The position numbers and the translations under genes are program-made. Below the pieces are notes generated by a model. The model searched no databases, was not told the origin of the DNA, and saw only the letters and a program-made list of their open reading frames with translations. 64,000 nt of DNA from Candidatus Rokuibacteriota bacterium (lineage in GTDB: Bacteria; Methylomirabilota; Methylomirabilia; Rokubacteriales; CSP1-6). The DNA is taken from NCBI GenBank assembly GCA_003220435.1, contig QHSL01000062.1:65919-129918 (forward strand), read 5' to 3'. This document shows positions 49,635 to 59,913 of the stretch, piece after piece; positions within the stretch are counted from its first letter, which is position 1, and each line of letters begins with the position of its first letter.

Positions 49635-50393
49635 ATGGCGGCGTTGACCATGAAGGAGTTGCTCGAGGCCGGAGTGCACTTCGGGCACCAGACCAAGCGC
49701 TGGAACCCCAAGATGCAGAAATACATCTTCGGCGAGCGTAACGGCATCTACATCATCGACCTCCAGAAAACCCTCAAGAAGTTCAGGGAGGCGTACTCGT
49801 TCGTGCGCGACCTGGCCTCGGGCGGGGGCACGATGCTTTTCATCGGCACCAAGAAGCAGGCGCAGGAGACCGTGTTCGAGGAGGCGAGCCGCTGCGGGAT
49901 GTTCTACGTGAACCAGCGCTGGCTGGGCGGGACGCTCACGAACTTCGCGACGATCCGCAAGTCCATCACCCGGCTCAAGAAGCTCGAGGAGATGAAGGAG
50001 ACGGGCGAGTACGAGCGGCTGCCCAAGAAGGAGGCTCTCGAGCTCGACCGGGAGCGGGAGAAGCTCGAGAAGGCGCTGGTCGGCATCAAGTTGATGGATC
50101 AGCTCCCGGCGGCGGTGTTCATCATCGATCCCCGCAAGGAGAAGATCGCGGTGGCCGAGGCGCAGCGGCTCGGGATTTCGATCGTCGCGATCGTGGACAC
50201 GAACTGCGACCCAACCGGCATCGACTACCCCGTCCCGGGCAACGACGACGCGATCCGCGCGGTGCGGTTGATCACCTCGCGCATCGCCGACGCGATCAAC
50301 GAGGGGCGCGGCACGCTGGGTAAGGACGAGTCGGAAGCAGCACCGGAGGCGCAGGCCGAGGCCGAGATGGCCGTGGCCAAGGCGGAGGAGTAG
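49635..50393 (+). CDS. rpsB: 30S ribosomal protein S2
   Basis: [27 protein letters not shown]; RBS aggagga. Confidence 0.9.
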   Translation: MAALTMKELLEAGVHFGHQTKRWNPKMQKYIFGERNGIYIIDLQKTLKKFREAYSFVRDLASGGGTMLFIGTKKQAQETVFEEASRCGMFYVNQRWLGGTLTNFATIRKSITRLKKLEEMKETGEYERLPKKEALELDREREKLEKALVGIKLMDQLPAAVFIIDPRKEKIAVAEAQRLGISIVAIVDTNCDPTGIDYPVPGNDDAIRAVRLITSRIADAINEGRGTLGKDESEAAPEAQAEAEMAVAKAEE

Positions 50394-50396
50394 CGA

Positions 50397-51002
50397 ATGG
50401 CCTCCGCCGCCGAACTGGTCAAGCAGCTCCGCGACCTCACCGGCGCGGGCGTGATGGATTGCAAGGACGCGCTGACGGCGACCCAGAACGATCCGCAGGC
50501 CGCGATCGAGTATCTCCGGAAGAAGGGCCTCGCCCAGGCGGCAAAGCGGTCACACCGCGAGACCCGCGAGGGCGCGGTCGGCGCGTACATCCATGCCGGC
50601 GCCAAGCTCGGGGTGCTCGTCGAGGTCGACTGCGAGACCGACTTCGTGGCTCGTACGGAGGGCTTCCAGCAGCTGGTCAAGGACCTCGGCATGCAGGTCG
50701 CGGCGGCCAACCCCGCGTACGTCGCCCGGGAGGATGTTCCAGGGGAGGTCGTCGAGAAGGAGCGCGAGATCTATCGCGGCCAGATGGCCGCCGAAAAGAA
50801 ACCGCCACAGGTGATCGACAAGATCGTGGAAGGCAAGCTCGAGAAGTTCTTCACCGAGCAGTGCCTGCTGGAGCAGCCGTTCATCAAGGATGCGTCGGGC
50901 AAGACTCGGGTCCGCGACCTCGTCGACGGCCTGAACGCCAAGACGGGCGAGCGGATCGTCGTCAAGCGGTTCTGCCGGTTCCAGATCGGCGAGGCCGGGT
51001 AG
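50397..51002 (+). CDS. tsf: Elongation factor Ts
   Basis: [20 protein letters not shown]..., short (about 200 aa) EF-Ts form. Confidence 0.9.
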   Translation: MASAAELVKQLRDLTGAGVMDCKDALTATQNDPQAAIEYLRKKGLAQAAKRSHRETREGAVGAYIHAGAKLGVLVEVDCETDFVARTEGFQQLVKDLGMQVAAANPAYVAREDVPGEVVEKEREIYRGQMAAEKKPPQVIDKIVEGKLEKFFTEQCLLEQPFIKDASGKTRVRDLVDGLNAKTGERIVVKRFCRFQIGEAG

Positions 51003-51003
51003 C

Positions 51004-51744
51004 GTGACGGCGGGCGCCGCCCCCGGCCGCCCGGCTTACCGCCGCATCGTCCTGAAGCTCTCGGGAGAGGCGCTCGCCGGGAGTCAGGGCTACGGGATCG
51101 ATCCGCCCGTGCTCGATCGGGTGGCCGGCGAGATTCGCGAGGTGTCGTCGCTCGGCGTTCAGGTCGCGATCGTCATCGGTGGCGGGAACATCTTCCGTGG
51201 CATCGCCGCCAGCGCGTCGGGGATGGATCGCGCGACCGCCGACTACATGGGCATGCTGGCGACCGTGATCAACGCACTCGCCCTCCAGGACGCACTCGAG
51301 AAGGCCGGCCTCCAGACGCGCGTGCTGTCGGCCGTCGAGATGCGGGCGGTGGCCGAGCCGTACATTCGGCGGCGTGCGATCCGCCACCTGGAGAAGGGGC
51401 GCGTGGTGATCTTCGCCGCCGGGACCGGCAACCCGTTCTTCACGACCGACACCGCCGGCGCCCTCCGGGCGGTGGAGATCGGCGCCGACGTCATCATCAA
51501 GGCGACCAAGGTCGACGGCATCTACTCGGCGGACCCCAAGCAGGATGCGCGCGCCCAGCGGCTCGAGCGGCTGACGTACATGGACGTGCTCAGCCGCGGG
51601 TTACAAGTCATGGACGCCGCCGCGATCTCACTCTGCATGGACAACAAGTTGCCGATCATCGTTTTCGACCTGACGCGACCCGGTAACATCAAGCGGATCG
51701 TCCTCGGCGAGGAAGTGGGCTCGATCGTATCGTCGGGAGGCTGA
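51004..51744 (+). CDS. pyrH: UMP kinase
   Basis: GTG start. [22 protein letters not shown]. Confidence 0.9.
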   Translation: MTAGAAPGRPAYRRIVLKLSGEALAGSQGYGIDPPVLDRVAGEIREVSSLGVQVAIVIGGGNIFRGIAASASGMDRATADYMGMLATVINALALQDALEKAGLQTRVLSAVEMRAVAEPYIRRRAIRHLEKGRVVIFAAGTGNPFFTTDTAGALRAVEIGADVIIKATKVDGIYSADPKQDARAQRLERLTYMDVLSRGLQVMDAAAISLCMDNKLPIIVFDLTRPGNIKRIVLGEEVGSIVSSGG

Positions 51745-51745
51745 C

Positions 51746-52312
51746 ATGGCGGCCACACTACAGAGCGTGCTCAAGGAGGTCGAGGCGAAGATGTCGGGCG
51801 CTCTCGACGCGCTGGGGCGGGAATTCGCCGCGGTGCGCACCGGTCGCGCCTCCGCCGGTCTGCTCGAAGGGATCCGCATCGATTACTACGGGACGCCGAC
51901 GCCGGTGAACCAGATGGCGTCGATCTCCGTGCCGGACGCCAAGACCCTCGTGATCCAGCCGTGGGAGGCGAGCCAGCTCAAGGCCATCGAGAAGGCGATC
52001 ATGGCCTCCGATCTCGGATTGACGCCGATCAACGACGGCAAGATCGTCCGGCTCGCGATGCCGTCGCCGACCGAGGAGCGCCGCAAGCAGCTGGCCAAGA
52101 CCGTGCACAAGATCGCGGAGGAATCGCGCATCGTGGTCCGCAACATTCGCCGGGAGGCCAACGATCGGCTCAAGGCGATGGCCAGGGACAAGAAGGTCTC
52201 CGAGGACGAGGAGCGGCGCAGTCACGACCAGATCCAGAAGACCACCGACAAGTTCATCGCCAGGGTCGACGAGCTACTCAAGAAGAAGGAGCAGGAGATT
52301 TTGTCATTCTGA
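51746..52312 (+). CDS. frr: Ribosome recycling factor
   Basis: Typical RRF sequence (…IRIDYYGTPTPVNQMASISVPDAKTL…). Confidence 0.9.
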   Translation: MAATLQSVLKEVEAKMSGALDALGREFAAVRTGRASAGLLEGIRIDYYGTPTPVNQMASISVPDAKTLVIQPWEASQLKAIEKAIMASDLGLTPINDGKIVRLAMPSPTEERRKQLAKTVHKIAEESRIVVRNIRREANDRLKAMARDKKVSEDEERRSHDQIQKTTDKFIARVDELLKKKEQEILSF

Positions 52313-52334
52313 CGTTCCGTGAGATGACCGTCGT

Positions 52335-53081
52335 ATGACGCCGGCGCAGCGCGAGGCGGACCTGCTCGAGGCGGTGCGCGCGCAGCCGGTGCCAGAGCAC
52401 GTGGCGATCATCATGGACGGCAACGGGCGCTGGGCGACGCGGCGCGGCCTGCCGCGCGTCGCCGGCCACCACGAGGGCGTCAAGACCGCGCGGGCGATGG
52501 TCCGCGCCGCGGACGCGCTCGGGCTGCGCTACCTCACCCTGTACGCGTTCTCCACCGAGAACTGGAGCCGCCCCGAGGAGGAGGTCTCGACGCTCATGAG
52601 CCTCCTGGAGCGCGCGATTCACTCCGAGCTGCCGGAGCTGATGGAACGCAGGGCCCGCCTGCGGGTGCTGGGCCGGACGAAGGGGGTGCCGGCGGCGGTG
52701 CGCCGCGGCATCGATCACGTGGTGCACGCGACGCGGGAAAACACGGGGTTGAACGTGCTGATGGCGTTCAACTACGGCGGGCGCGACGAGCTGATCGACG
52801 CGTTCCGCGCGCTCGCGCGCCAGGTCCAGGTGGGCGAGCTCCGGCCCGAGGATATCTCCGAGAAGGCGATCAGCGAGGCGCTCTATACCGGGGACATTCC
52901 TGATCCGGATCTCCTGATCCGGACCAGCGGCGAGATGCGGATCTCCAACTTTCTCCTGTGGCAGATTGCCTACACCGAGCTGTGGATCACGCCGACGCTG
53001 TGGCCGGACTTCACGCCGTCCGATCTCTACCGGGCGGTGGCGGAGTTCCAGGGCCGGACGCGTCGGTTCGGAAAGGTGTGA
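52335..53081 (+). CDS. uppS: Undecaprenyl diphosphate synthase (cis-prenyltransferase)
   Basis: HVAIIMDGNGRWA, ...LWQIAYTEL, C-terminal RFG. Confidence 0.9.
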   Translation: MTPAQREADLLEAVRAQPVPEHVAIIMDGNGRWATRRGLPRVAGHHEGVKTARAMVRAADALGLRYLTLYAFSTENWSRPEEEVSTLMSLLERAIHSELPELMERRARLRVLGRTKGVPAAVRRGIDHVVHATRENTGLNVLMAFNYGGRDELIDAFRALARQVQVGELRPEDISEKAISEALYTGDIPDPDLLIRTSGEMRISNFLLWQIAYTELWITPTLWPDFTPSDLYRAVAEFQGRTRRFGKV

Positions 53082-53082
53082 C

Positions 53083-53949
53083 GTGGGCAAGGCCGGGGTG
53101 GCCAGTGTGACGATCCGCGATGCGATGGCCGGGATGCCGCCCGCGTGGCGACGCATCACGAGCGCGATCGTGTTGGTGCCCCTGTTCGTGTGGGTGACGA
53201 CGAGCGCCGCGACGTGGACCTTCCAGGCCCTCGTGATCGCGGCGAGCTTCCTGGCATGTCGAGAGCTGGCGCGGATGTTCGAGCGCACCGGACGCCCCAT
53301 CGACGTGTGGCTCTGCGTCGGCGTGGGTTCGGCGCTCACCGCGAGTTTCGCCACGAGCCTCTACGCTCCGACGCCGACGCCGGAGCTCGTCCTGGTCGTC
53401 GGCGGGATGCTGATCTTCAGCGCGCCGCTCTGGACGCCGGGACGTCCGGTGGTCGAGTGCACCGCCAATACGCTGTTCGGCGCCGTCTACGTCGGATGGC
53501 TTCTGGGCTACGCCATCTGGCTGCACAGGCGGCCCGACGGACCGGGACTCGTGCTGTTCCTGGTCGGCGTGACGTGGACGGGCGAGTCGGCGGCCTACGT
53601 GGTCGGGTCGGCGATGGGTCGCCACCGGATGGCGCCGCTGCTGAGCCCGGGCAAGACGGTCGAGGGCGCGGTCGCGCAGATCGTGGTGTCGGTCGCCGCG
53701 GCGCTGGTGCTGGGGCCGTGGCTCGTCCCCGGCTGCAGCACGATCGGCGCGGCGGGCGCCGGCATGGCCCTCGGTGTCATCGGACAGGTCGGAGATCTCG
53801 CCGAATCCGCCATCAAGCGGAGTATCGGGACGAAGGACACGGGGAGCTTGATCCCGGGCCACGGCGGTATGCTGGACCGGATCGACAGCCTGCTGTTCAA
53901 CGCCCCGGCGCTATACTTCTACTCGTTGTACGCTTGGTGCCGCGCATGA
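53083..53949 (+). CDS. cdsA: Phosphatidate cytidylyltransferase
   Basis: GTG start just after uppS stop (alternative in-frame starts to about 53125). CTP-transferase-1 signature region (SAIKRSIGTKDTGSLIPGHGGMLDRIDSLLF). Confidence 0.8.
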   Translation: MGKAGVASVTIRDAMAGMPPAWRRITSAIVLVPLFVWVTTSAATWTFQALVIAASFLACRELARMFERTGRPIDVWLCVGVGSALTASFATSLYAPTPTPELVLVVGGMLIFSAPLWTPGRPVVECTANTLFGAVYVGWLLGYAIWLHRRPDGPGLVLFLVGVTWTGESAAYVVGSAMGRHRMAPLLSPGKTVEGAVAQIVVSVAAALVLGPWLVPGCSTIGAAGAGMALGVIGQVGDLAESAIKRSIGTKDTGSLIPGHGGMLDRIDSLLFNAPALYFYSLYAWCRA

Positions 53950-55118
53950 AGCACATCACGCTGCTCGGTGCGACCGGATCGATCGGTCTGCGCACGCTCG
54001 AGCTCGTCTCGAGCTTTCCCGAGGAATTCTCGGTCGTGGGCCTGGCGGCGCGTGGATCGAACGTCGATCTGGTCCTGGACCTCTGTCGCAAGTACTCGCC
54101 GCGCGCCGTGGCCCTTCTGGACGGCGACGCGCGCGATCAGCTCGCCCGCCGGTTGCCGTCGCCGCAACCCGAGCTTCTCGCCGGCGCTGACGGGCTCGCG
54201 GCGCTCTCGCGTGACGTGGACGCCGACATCGTCGTCTCGGCGCTCGTCGGCGGCGTCGGGCTGCTCCCGACCATGGCCGCGATTCAGGCCGGTCGCACGG
54301 TGGCGCTCGCCAACAAGGAGACGCTCGTGATGGCCGGCCCGCTGATGACGGCGGCCGCGCGCGCGCGGGGCGTCAAGCTCCTGCCGGTCGACTCCGAGCA
54401 CAGCGCGGTCTTCCAGTGTCTGGTGGGCCACAGTCGATCCGACGTCCATCGGATCTTGCTAACGGCGTCCGGCGGGCCGTTCCGCGAGACGCCGAAGGAG
54501 CGGCTCGCCACCGTCACCGTCGAGGACGCCCTGCGGCATCCGACGTGGAAGATGGGCGCCAAGATCACGATCGACTCGGCCACGCTCATGAACAAGGGGC
54601 TCGAGGTCATCGAGGCTCGCTGGCTCTTCGACGTGGAGCCCGACCAGGTCCAGATCGTGGTGCATCCTCAGTCGGTGGTCCACTCGATGGTCGAGTACAT
54701 CGACGGCTCCGTGATCGCCCAGCTGGGGGTGGCCGACATGGGCGTGCCGATCCTCTATGCCCTCAGCTATCCCGAGCGCCGGCCGACGCCGGCGGCGCGG
54801 CTCGACCTGGCCCGCGTGAGGGAGCTCACGTTCTACGAGCCGGACCCCGACAAGTTCCCCTGCCTGCGCCTGGCGCGGGCCGCCCTCGAGGCCGGCGGGG
54901 CGGCGCCGGTGGTGCTGAACGCGGCGAACGAAGTCGCGGTGGCCGCCTTCCTCGACCGGCGTATCGGCTTCACCGCCATCGCCGAACTCATCGAAGACGC
55001 TCTCGACCGCGTGCCGGCCGGTGAGCTTGGGTCGATCGAGGCCTGCGTGGCGGCCGACGCCGCGACGCGCCGCTCCGTGCAGGGGGCGATCGAGAAGGGA
55101 TCGAGACAGCCGGTGTGA
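53946..55118 (+). CDS. dxr: 1-deoxy-D-xylulose 5-phosphate reductoisomerase
   Basis: MKHITLLGATGSIG..., LANKETLV, DSEHSAVFQCL. ATGA overlap with cdsA. Confidence 0.9.
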   Translation: MKHITLLGATGSIGLRTLELVSSFPEEFSVVGLAARGSNVDLVLDLCRKYSPRAVALLDGDARDQLARRLPSPQPELLAGADGLAALSRDVDADIVVSALVGGVGLLPTMAAIQAGRTVALANKETLVMAGPLMTAAARARGVKLLPVDSEHSAVFQCLVGHSRSDVHRILLTASGGPFRETPKERLATVTVEDALRHPTWKMGAKITIDSATLMNKGLEVIEARWLFDVEPDQVQIVVHPQSVVHSMVEYIDGSVIAQLGVADMGVPILYALSYPERRPTPAARLDLARVRELTFYEPDPDKFPCLRLARAALEAGGAAPVVLNAANEVAVAAFLDRRIGFTAIAELIEDALDRVPAGELGSIEACVAADAATRRSVQGAIEKGSRQPV

Positions 55119-56488
55119 GCACATTGACCACGATCGCCTCGTTCGTCATCGTCATCGGCATCTTGATCCTCGTCCACGAGCTGGGGCACTTCGCGGTGGC
55201 GCGCTGGACGGGCGTGGGGGTCGAGCGCTTCTCGATCGGCTTCGGTCCCGTGCTGGCGCGCTGGCGCGGATCCGAGACGGAGTACTGCCTCTCCGCGATT
55301 CCGATGGGCGGCTACGTCAAGATGGTCGGAGAGGAGAACCCGCTCGAGGGAGGCGGCGCGCCGGTCTTCGATCCGGCGAAGGCATTCGCGCTGAAGCCGC
55401 TATGGGCGCGCTTTCTGATCGTGTTTGCCGGGCCCGGAATGAATCTGGTCCTGGCCGTGGTGATCTTCGCCGCGGTGCTCGCCAGCATCGGCCGGCCGGT
55501 GTGGCCCGCCGTCATCGGGCGTGTCGCCGACGAGGGCCCCGCAATGGCCGCCGGGCTTCGCGCCGGCGACACCGTGATCGCCGTCGACGGTCACCCCCTC
55601 GCGTATTGGGAGGATCTCGACCGCGCGGTCGCCGGCTCCAACGGCCGATCGCTCCAGTTGACGGTGTCGAGCGGCAGCGATCAGCGCACCGTCGCGATCA
55701 CGCCGCGGCGAATGACCACGCGCGATCCAATCTTCAAGGAAGCGCGCGAGGTCTGGGATGTTGGGGCGGGCCCGCAGCTGACACCGCAGATCGGCTCGGT
55801 CACCGCCGGCTCACCCGCGGAGCGGGCTGGCCTCCGGGTGGGTGACGCGGTCGTAGACGTCGCGGGCCAGCCCGTGTTCACGCCCGAAGAGCTGATGCAG
55901 GCGATCCAGAAGCGCGGTGGGCAGACCTTCACGATCACCGTGCAACGCGGGGAGCGTCGCGAGACCATGAACGTCACCGCGACCGCGGTGAAGGAAAAGA
56001 ACCCGACCGGCCAGGAGGTCGAGATCGGCCGCGTCGGCGTCGGCATCGTCACCAAGGTCGTGCGGTACGAGCCGTACGGCGCCGTCGCGGCGGTCGGCCA
56101 GGGCGCGCTCAAGACCTGGGACATGACGGTGCTGACCGCCAAGGGCCTCTGGAAACTCGTGACGCTCGAGCTTCCGCTCTCGAACCTCGGCGGGCCGATC
56201 CAGATCGCGGCCGAAGGCGAGCGCCAGCGGAGAGAGGGACTGCCGTCGCTGGCCCTCTTCACCGCGGTCATCAGCGTGAACCTCGCGGTCCTCAACCTGC
56301 TGCCGGTGCCGATGCTGGACGGCGGGCACCTGCTCTTCTTCGTGATCGAGGGCGTGCTCGGGCGCCCGGTGTCGCTCAAGAAGCGCGAGGCCGCTCAGCA
56401 GCTCGGGCTGGTTCTTCTCCTGCTCCTGATGGTGTTCGCGATTTACAATGACCTGGTCCGGATCGACGCGTTCAAGTTCTTCAAATAG
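55115..56488 (+). CDS. rseP: RIP zinc metalloprotease RseP (site-2 protease) with PDZ domains
   Basis: GTG start overlapping dxr stop. HELGHF zinc motif, LDG motif (LPVPMLDGGHL). Confidence 0.85.
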   Translation: MSTLTTIASFVIVIGILILVHELGHFAVARWTGVGVERFSIGFGPVLARWRGSETEYCLSAIPMGGYVKMVGEENPLEGGGAPVFDPAKAFALKPLWARFLIVFAGPGMNLVLAVVIFAAVLASIGRPVWPAVIGRVADEGPAMAAGLRAGDTVIAVDGHPLAYWEDLDRAVAGSNGRSLQLTVSSGSDQRTVAITPRRMTTRDPIFKEAREVWDVGAGPQLTPQIGSVTAGSPAERAGLRVGDAVVDVAGQPVFTPEELMQAIQKRGGQTFTITVQRGERRETMNVTATAVKEKNPTGQEVEIGRVGVGIVTKVVRYEPYGAVAAVGQGALKTWDMTVLTAKGLWKLVTLELPLSNLGGPIQIAAEGERQRREGLPSLALFTAVISVNLAVLNLLPVPMLDGGHLLFFVIEGVLGRPVSLKKREAAQQLGLVLLLLLMVFAIYNDLVRIDAFKFFK

Positions 56489-56496
56489 GACGGGGA

Positions 56497-57594
56497 ATGA
56501 TCACACGGCGGACGACGAGGCAGATCCAGCTCGGGGGCCTCAAGGTGGGCGGTGGGGCGCCGATCACCGTGCAGTCGATGACGAAGACCGACACGCGCGA
56601 CGTCCAGGCGACGCTGCTCGAGATCTGGTCGCTGGAGGCGGCGGGCTGTGACGTGGTCCGGTGCGCGGTTCCGGTCCGGGAGGCCGCGGAGAAGCTCGCG
56701 GAGATCAAGCGCCAGATCCGCATCCCGCTGGTCGCCGACATCCACTTCAACTACAAGTTGGCCCTCATCGCGCTCGAGCAGGGGGTCGACGGCCTCCGGC
56801 TGAACCCGGGGAACATCGGCGGCAAGGGATTCGTCCAGGAGGTCGTCAACGTCGCCAAGGACAAGCGCATCCCGATCCGCATCGGCGTCAACGCCGGATC
56901 GCTGGAGAAGGACCTCCTCGCGAAGCACAACGGGCCGAGCGCCGAGGGCATGGTCGAGTCGGCGCTGCGTCACATCCGGATCCTCGAGGACCTGAACTAC
57001 CCAGAGATGAAGGTCTCGCTGAAGGCCTCCGATCCGCTCATGATGATCGAGGCCTACCGGATGCTCGCCGATCAGGTCGACTACGCCTTCCACCTCGGCG
57101 TGACCGAGGCCGGCACCCCGGGAGTCGGCACGATCAAGTCGGCGATCGGGCTGGGCGCGCTCCTGTCCGAGGGGATCGGCGACACGATCCGCGTCTCGCT
57201 CTCCGCCGATCCGACCGAGGAGGTGCGCGTCGGGATCGATATTCTGAAATCGCTCGGTCTGCGACGCGGGGGCCTCACGTTCGTCTCGTGCCCGTCGTGC
57301 GGTCGGGCCGACGTCGACCTCGTGAAGCTGGCGAAGGAGGTCGAGGACGAGTTCAAGGGACTCAACGAGGAGATTCACATCGCGGTCATGGGGTGCGAGG
57401 TCAACGGTCCGGGCGAGGCGCGCGCCGCCGACATCGGCGTGGCCGGGGGACGTGGGATCGGCCTCATCTTCAAGAGCGGCGAGGTCATCCGCAAGGTGCC
57501 CGAGAAGGATATCGTCCAGGCCATGCGCGAGGAAGTCGACAAGTTCATCACCGAGCGAAAGGCCGCGAAGGCGGCGGCGGTGGAGGGGCACTGA
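56497..57594 (+). CDS. ispG: 4-hydroxy-3-methylbut-2-enyl diphosphate synthase
   Basis: TVQSMTKTDTRD, C-terminal [4Fe-4S] ligands SCPSCGR...GCEVNGPGE. Confidence 0.9.
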   Translation: MITRRTTRQIQLGGLKVGGGAPITVQSMTKTDTRDVQATLLEIWSLEAAGCDVVRCAVPVREAAEKLAEIKRQIRIPLVADIHFNYKLALIALEQGVDGLRLNPGNIGGKGFVQEVVNVAKDKRIPIRIGVNAGSLEKDLLAKHNGPSAEGMVESALRHIRILEDLNYPEMKVSLKASDPLMMIEAYRMLADQVDYAFHLGVTEAGTPGVGTIKSAIGLGALLSEGIGDTIRVSLSADPTEEVRVGIDILKSLGLRRGGLTFVSCPSCGRADVDLVKLAKEVEDEFKGLNEEIHIAVMGCEVNGPGEARAADIGVAGGRGIGLIFKSGEVIRKVPEKDIVQAMREEVDKFITERKAAKAAAVEGH

Positions 57595-57926
57595 TGGGAC
57601 AGTACGAGAACCACGTCTTCGTGTGCACGTCCGGCGACTCGTGCCCGACCCAGGGCAACGTGGAGCAATTCGTCAAGTACCTGCGCGACGAGGCCGTGAA
57701 GGCCGGCCTCAAGACCGACGTCCGGATCAACAAGGCCGGATGCTTCTCGCAGTGCGGCCATGGCCCGATGATGGTCGTCTACCCCGACAACGTGTGGTAC
57801 GCGGGGGTGCAGGAATCGGATCTGCAAGAGATCTTCGAGTCCCACATCAAGGGCGGCAAGCCCGTGGCGCGCCTGATGTACGAGCCGGGGGTCAGGGGAG
57901 CCAACAAGAAGCCGGGTTACAAGTAG
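57594..57926 (+). CDS. Thioredoxin-like [2Fe-2S] ferredoxin
   Basis: 110 aa; HVFVCTSGDSCPTQG...AGCFSQCGHGPMMVVYPDNVWY, the 4-Cys pattern of Trx-like Fd/NuoE-type [2Fe-2S] proteins. TGATG overlap with ispG. Confidence 0.7.
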   Translation: MGQYENHVFVCTSGDSCPTQGNVEQFVKYLRDEAVKAGLKTDVRINKAGCFSQCGHGPMMVVYPDNVWYAGVQESDLQEIFESHIKGGKPVARLMYEPGVRGANKKPGYK

Positions 57927-58015
57927 TCCCGGCGCATCCATCCCCTACCTTCCTCGCGGTGTCCCCACCGCGCGCCGATGCCTTGCCTCTGTCGATCGTA
58001 CGTGCTAAATTCCTG

Positions 58016-58042
58016 AAAAAGTGGGCCTGGCCCGCTTTTTTT
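58016..58042 (+). terminator. Rho-independent terminator after the ispG-ferredoxin unit
   Basis: aaaaa-gtgggcc-tg-gcccgc-ttttttt: GC stem flanked by A-tract and U7 tract (bidirectional type). Confidence 0.6.
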
Positions 58043-58071
58043 AGTTTTTGTGTCCGGTAGGAGTGAACACC

Positions 58072-58539
58072 GTGGAGGAAGCGCAAAGGGTGGCGTTGAT
58101 CGAGGAAGTGGTGGCGCCGGTGGTGGGTGATCACGGGCTCGAGCTCGTGGACCTCGAATGGCGCGGGCTGCGGCCGCGGGGCGTGTTGCGGCTCTTCGTG
58201 GACAAGCGCGGCGGTATCGGCATCGGCGAGTGCGAGCGCCTGAGCCGCGAGATCGGCGACGTGCTCGACGCCGCGGCCGTGATCGAGGGCGGCTACGACC
58301 TCGAAGTGTCGTCGCCCGGACTCGACCGGCAGTTGCGAAAGGAGCGAGAGTACCGCTGGGCGGTCGGCAAGCAGGTACGATGCTGGCTGGCCGGCGGCGA
58401 GGAGGTCAGGGGGCGGCTGACGGAGGTCACGTCTGAGCGGCTGGTGCTGGACCGCGAGGGCGAGCGCGTGGAGGTTGGACGAGCCGGCGTCACCAAGGCC
58501 CGGCTGGAGGCGGAGGTCCCCTGGCCCCGCAAGGCGTAG
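58072..58539 (+). CDS. rimP: Ribosome maturation factor RimP
   Basis: GTG start with aggag 8 nt upstream. LELVDLEWRG...LRLFVDKRGGIGIGECERLSREIGDVLD is typical of RimP. The ORF track 58048 start lies inside the terminator T-tract. Confidence 0.8.
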   Translation: MEEAQRVALIEEVVAPVVGDHGLELVDLEWRGLRPRGVLRLFVDKRGGIGIGECERLSREIGDVLDAAAVIEGGYDLEVSSPGLDRQLRKEREYRWAVGKQVRCWLAGGEEVRGRLTEVTSERLVLDREGERVEVGRAGVTKARLEAEVPWPRKA

Positions 58540-58563
58540 AATCTCAGGCAGGTCAAGGAGTCG

Positions 58564-59913
58564 ATGAACCGAGAGCTGATCAGCGTGATCGAGCAGATCG
58601 GGCGCGAGAAGGGGATCGACAAGGAGATCCTCTTCGAGGCGCTGGAGTCTGCCCTCCTCTCGGCGTCGCGCAAGAGCCTCGGTGCGGCCGAGAACTTTCG
58701 GATGCACATCGACCGCAAGAGCGGCGACCTGCGCGTGTACTGCCGGAAGAAGGTCGTGACGGAGGTCGCGGACGACAAGCAGGAGATCAGCCTCACCGCC
58801 GCCAAGGCGCTGAACGCCGATGCGGAGCTCGACGACGAGCTCGAGCTCGAGCAGGAGCGGCCGCCGCAGGATTTCGGCCGGATCGCGGCGCAGACCGCGA
58901 AGCAGGTCATCCTTCAGAAGGTGCGGGACGCCGAGCGTGAGGGCATCTACTCGGAGTTCGCCGGCAAGGAAGGCCAGATCCTCCGCGGCGTCGTGCATCG
59001 GATCGAGAAACGCAACGTAATCTTGGAAATTGGCAAGGCCGAGGCCATCCTGCCAGAGCGCGAGCAGATCCCGGGTGAGCGCTACAACCCGGGCGACCGG
59101 ATCCGCGCCTTCGTGCTCGAGGTGCGGCGGACGGCCAAGGGCCCGCAGATCTCGCTCTCGCGGACGCACCCGGGGTATCTGGCGCGGCTCTTCCAGACCG
59201 AGATCCCCGAGATCCAGGAGGGGATCGTCCTCGTGAAGGCGACGGCGCGCGAGGCGGGCGAGCGGGCCAAGGTCGCGGTCGCGTCGACGAAGCGTGACGT
59301 CGATCCGATCGGCGCCTGTGTCGGCCTGCGCGGGACGCGCATCCAGGTCATCAGCCGCGAGCTGCGCGGCGAAAAGATCGACATCATCGAGTGGTCGCAC
59401 GATCCCGCCACGTTCGTGGCGCGCTCGCTGTCGCCGGCCAAGGTGTCGTCGGTGGTGATCAACGAGCTCCCGGAAGGCGAGGGGCAGGCGTCGGCTCTTG
59501 TGATCGTGCCAGACAACCAGCTATCCCTCGCGATCGGCAAGAAGGGACAGAACGCGCGCCTGGCCGCCAAGCTGACGGGAATGCGGATCGACATCAAGAG
59601 TGAGTCCGAGATCGAGGCGGAGCGCTCTCCGCGCGACGCGTCCGCGGCCGAAGACCGCGCGGCGCTGGCCGCCCTGCCCCTGGGCTCGGCGGCGACCGAC
59701 GCTCTCGTGGCCGCCGGGCTCGGCTCGCCGGCGGCGATCGTGAAGGCCGGCCGCGAGAGGCTCGCCCGGATCCCGGAGATCGGGGACGAGGTGGACGCGG
59801 TCTACATGGCCGCCGAGAAGTGGGTGGCGAGCCACAGCATCCCGGAGACCCTGAGAGCGGCAGACGACGGCATCGGCGGGGACTCTCCGCAGGAGACATC
59901 GACACCCGCATGA
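58564..59913 (+). CDS. nusA: Transcription termination/antitermination factor NusA
   Basis: MNRELISVIEQIGREKGIDKEILFEALESAL..., S1 and KH domains, C-terminal acidic tail. Confidence 0.9.
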   Translation: MNRELISVIEQIGREKGIDKEILFEALESALLSASRKSLGAAENFRMHIDRKSGDLRVYCRKKVVTEVADDKQEISLTAAKALNADAELDDELELEQERPPQDFGRIAAQTAKQVILQKVRDAEREGIYSEFAGKEGQILRGVVHRIEKRNVILEIGKAEAILPEREQIPGERYNPGDRIRAFVLEVRRTAKGPQISLSRTHPGYLARLFQTEIPEIQEGIVLVKATAREAGERAKVAVASTKRDVDPIGACVGLRGTRIQVISRELRGEKIDIIEWSHDPATFVARSLSPAKVSSVVINELPEGEGQASALVIVPDNQLSLAIGKKGQNARLAAKLTGMRIDIKSESEIEAERSPRDASAAEDRAALAALPLGSAATDALVAAGLGSPAAIVKAGRERLARIPEIGDEVDAVYMAAEKWVASHSIPETLRAADDGIGGDSPQETSTPA

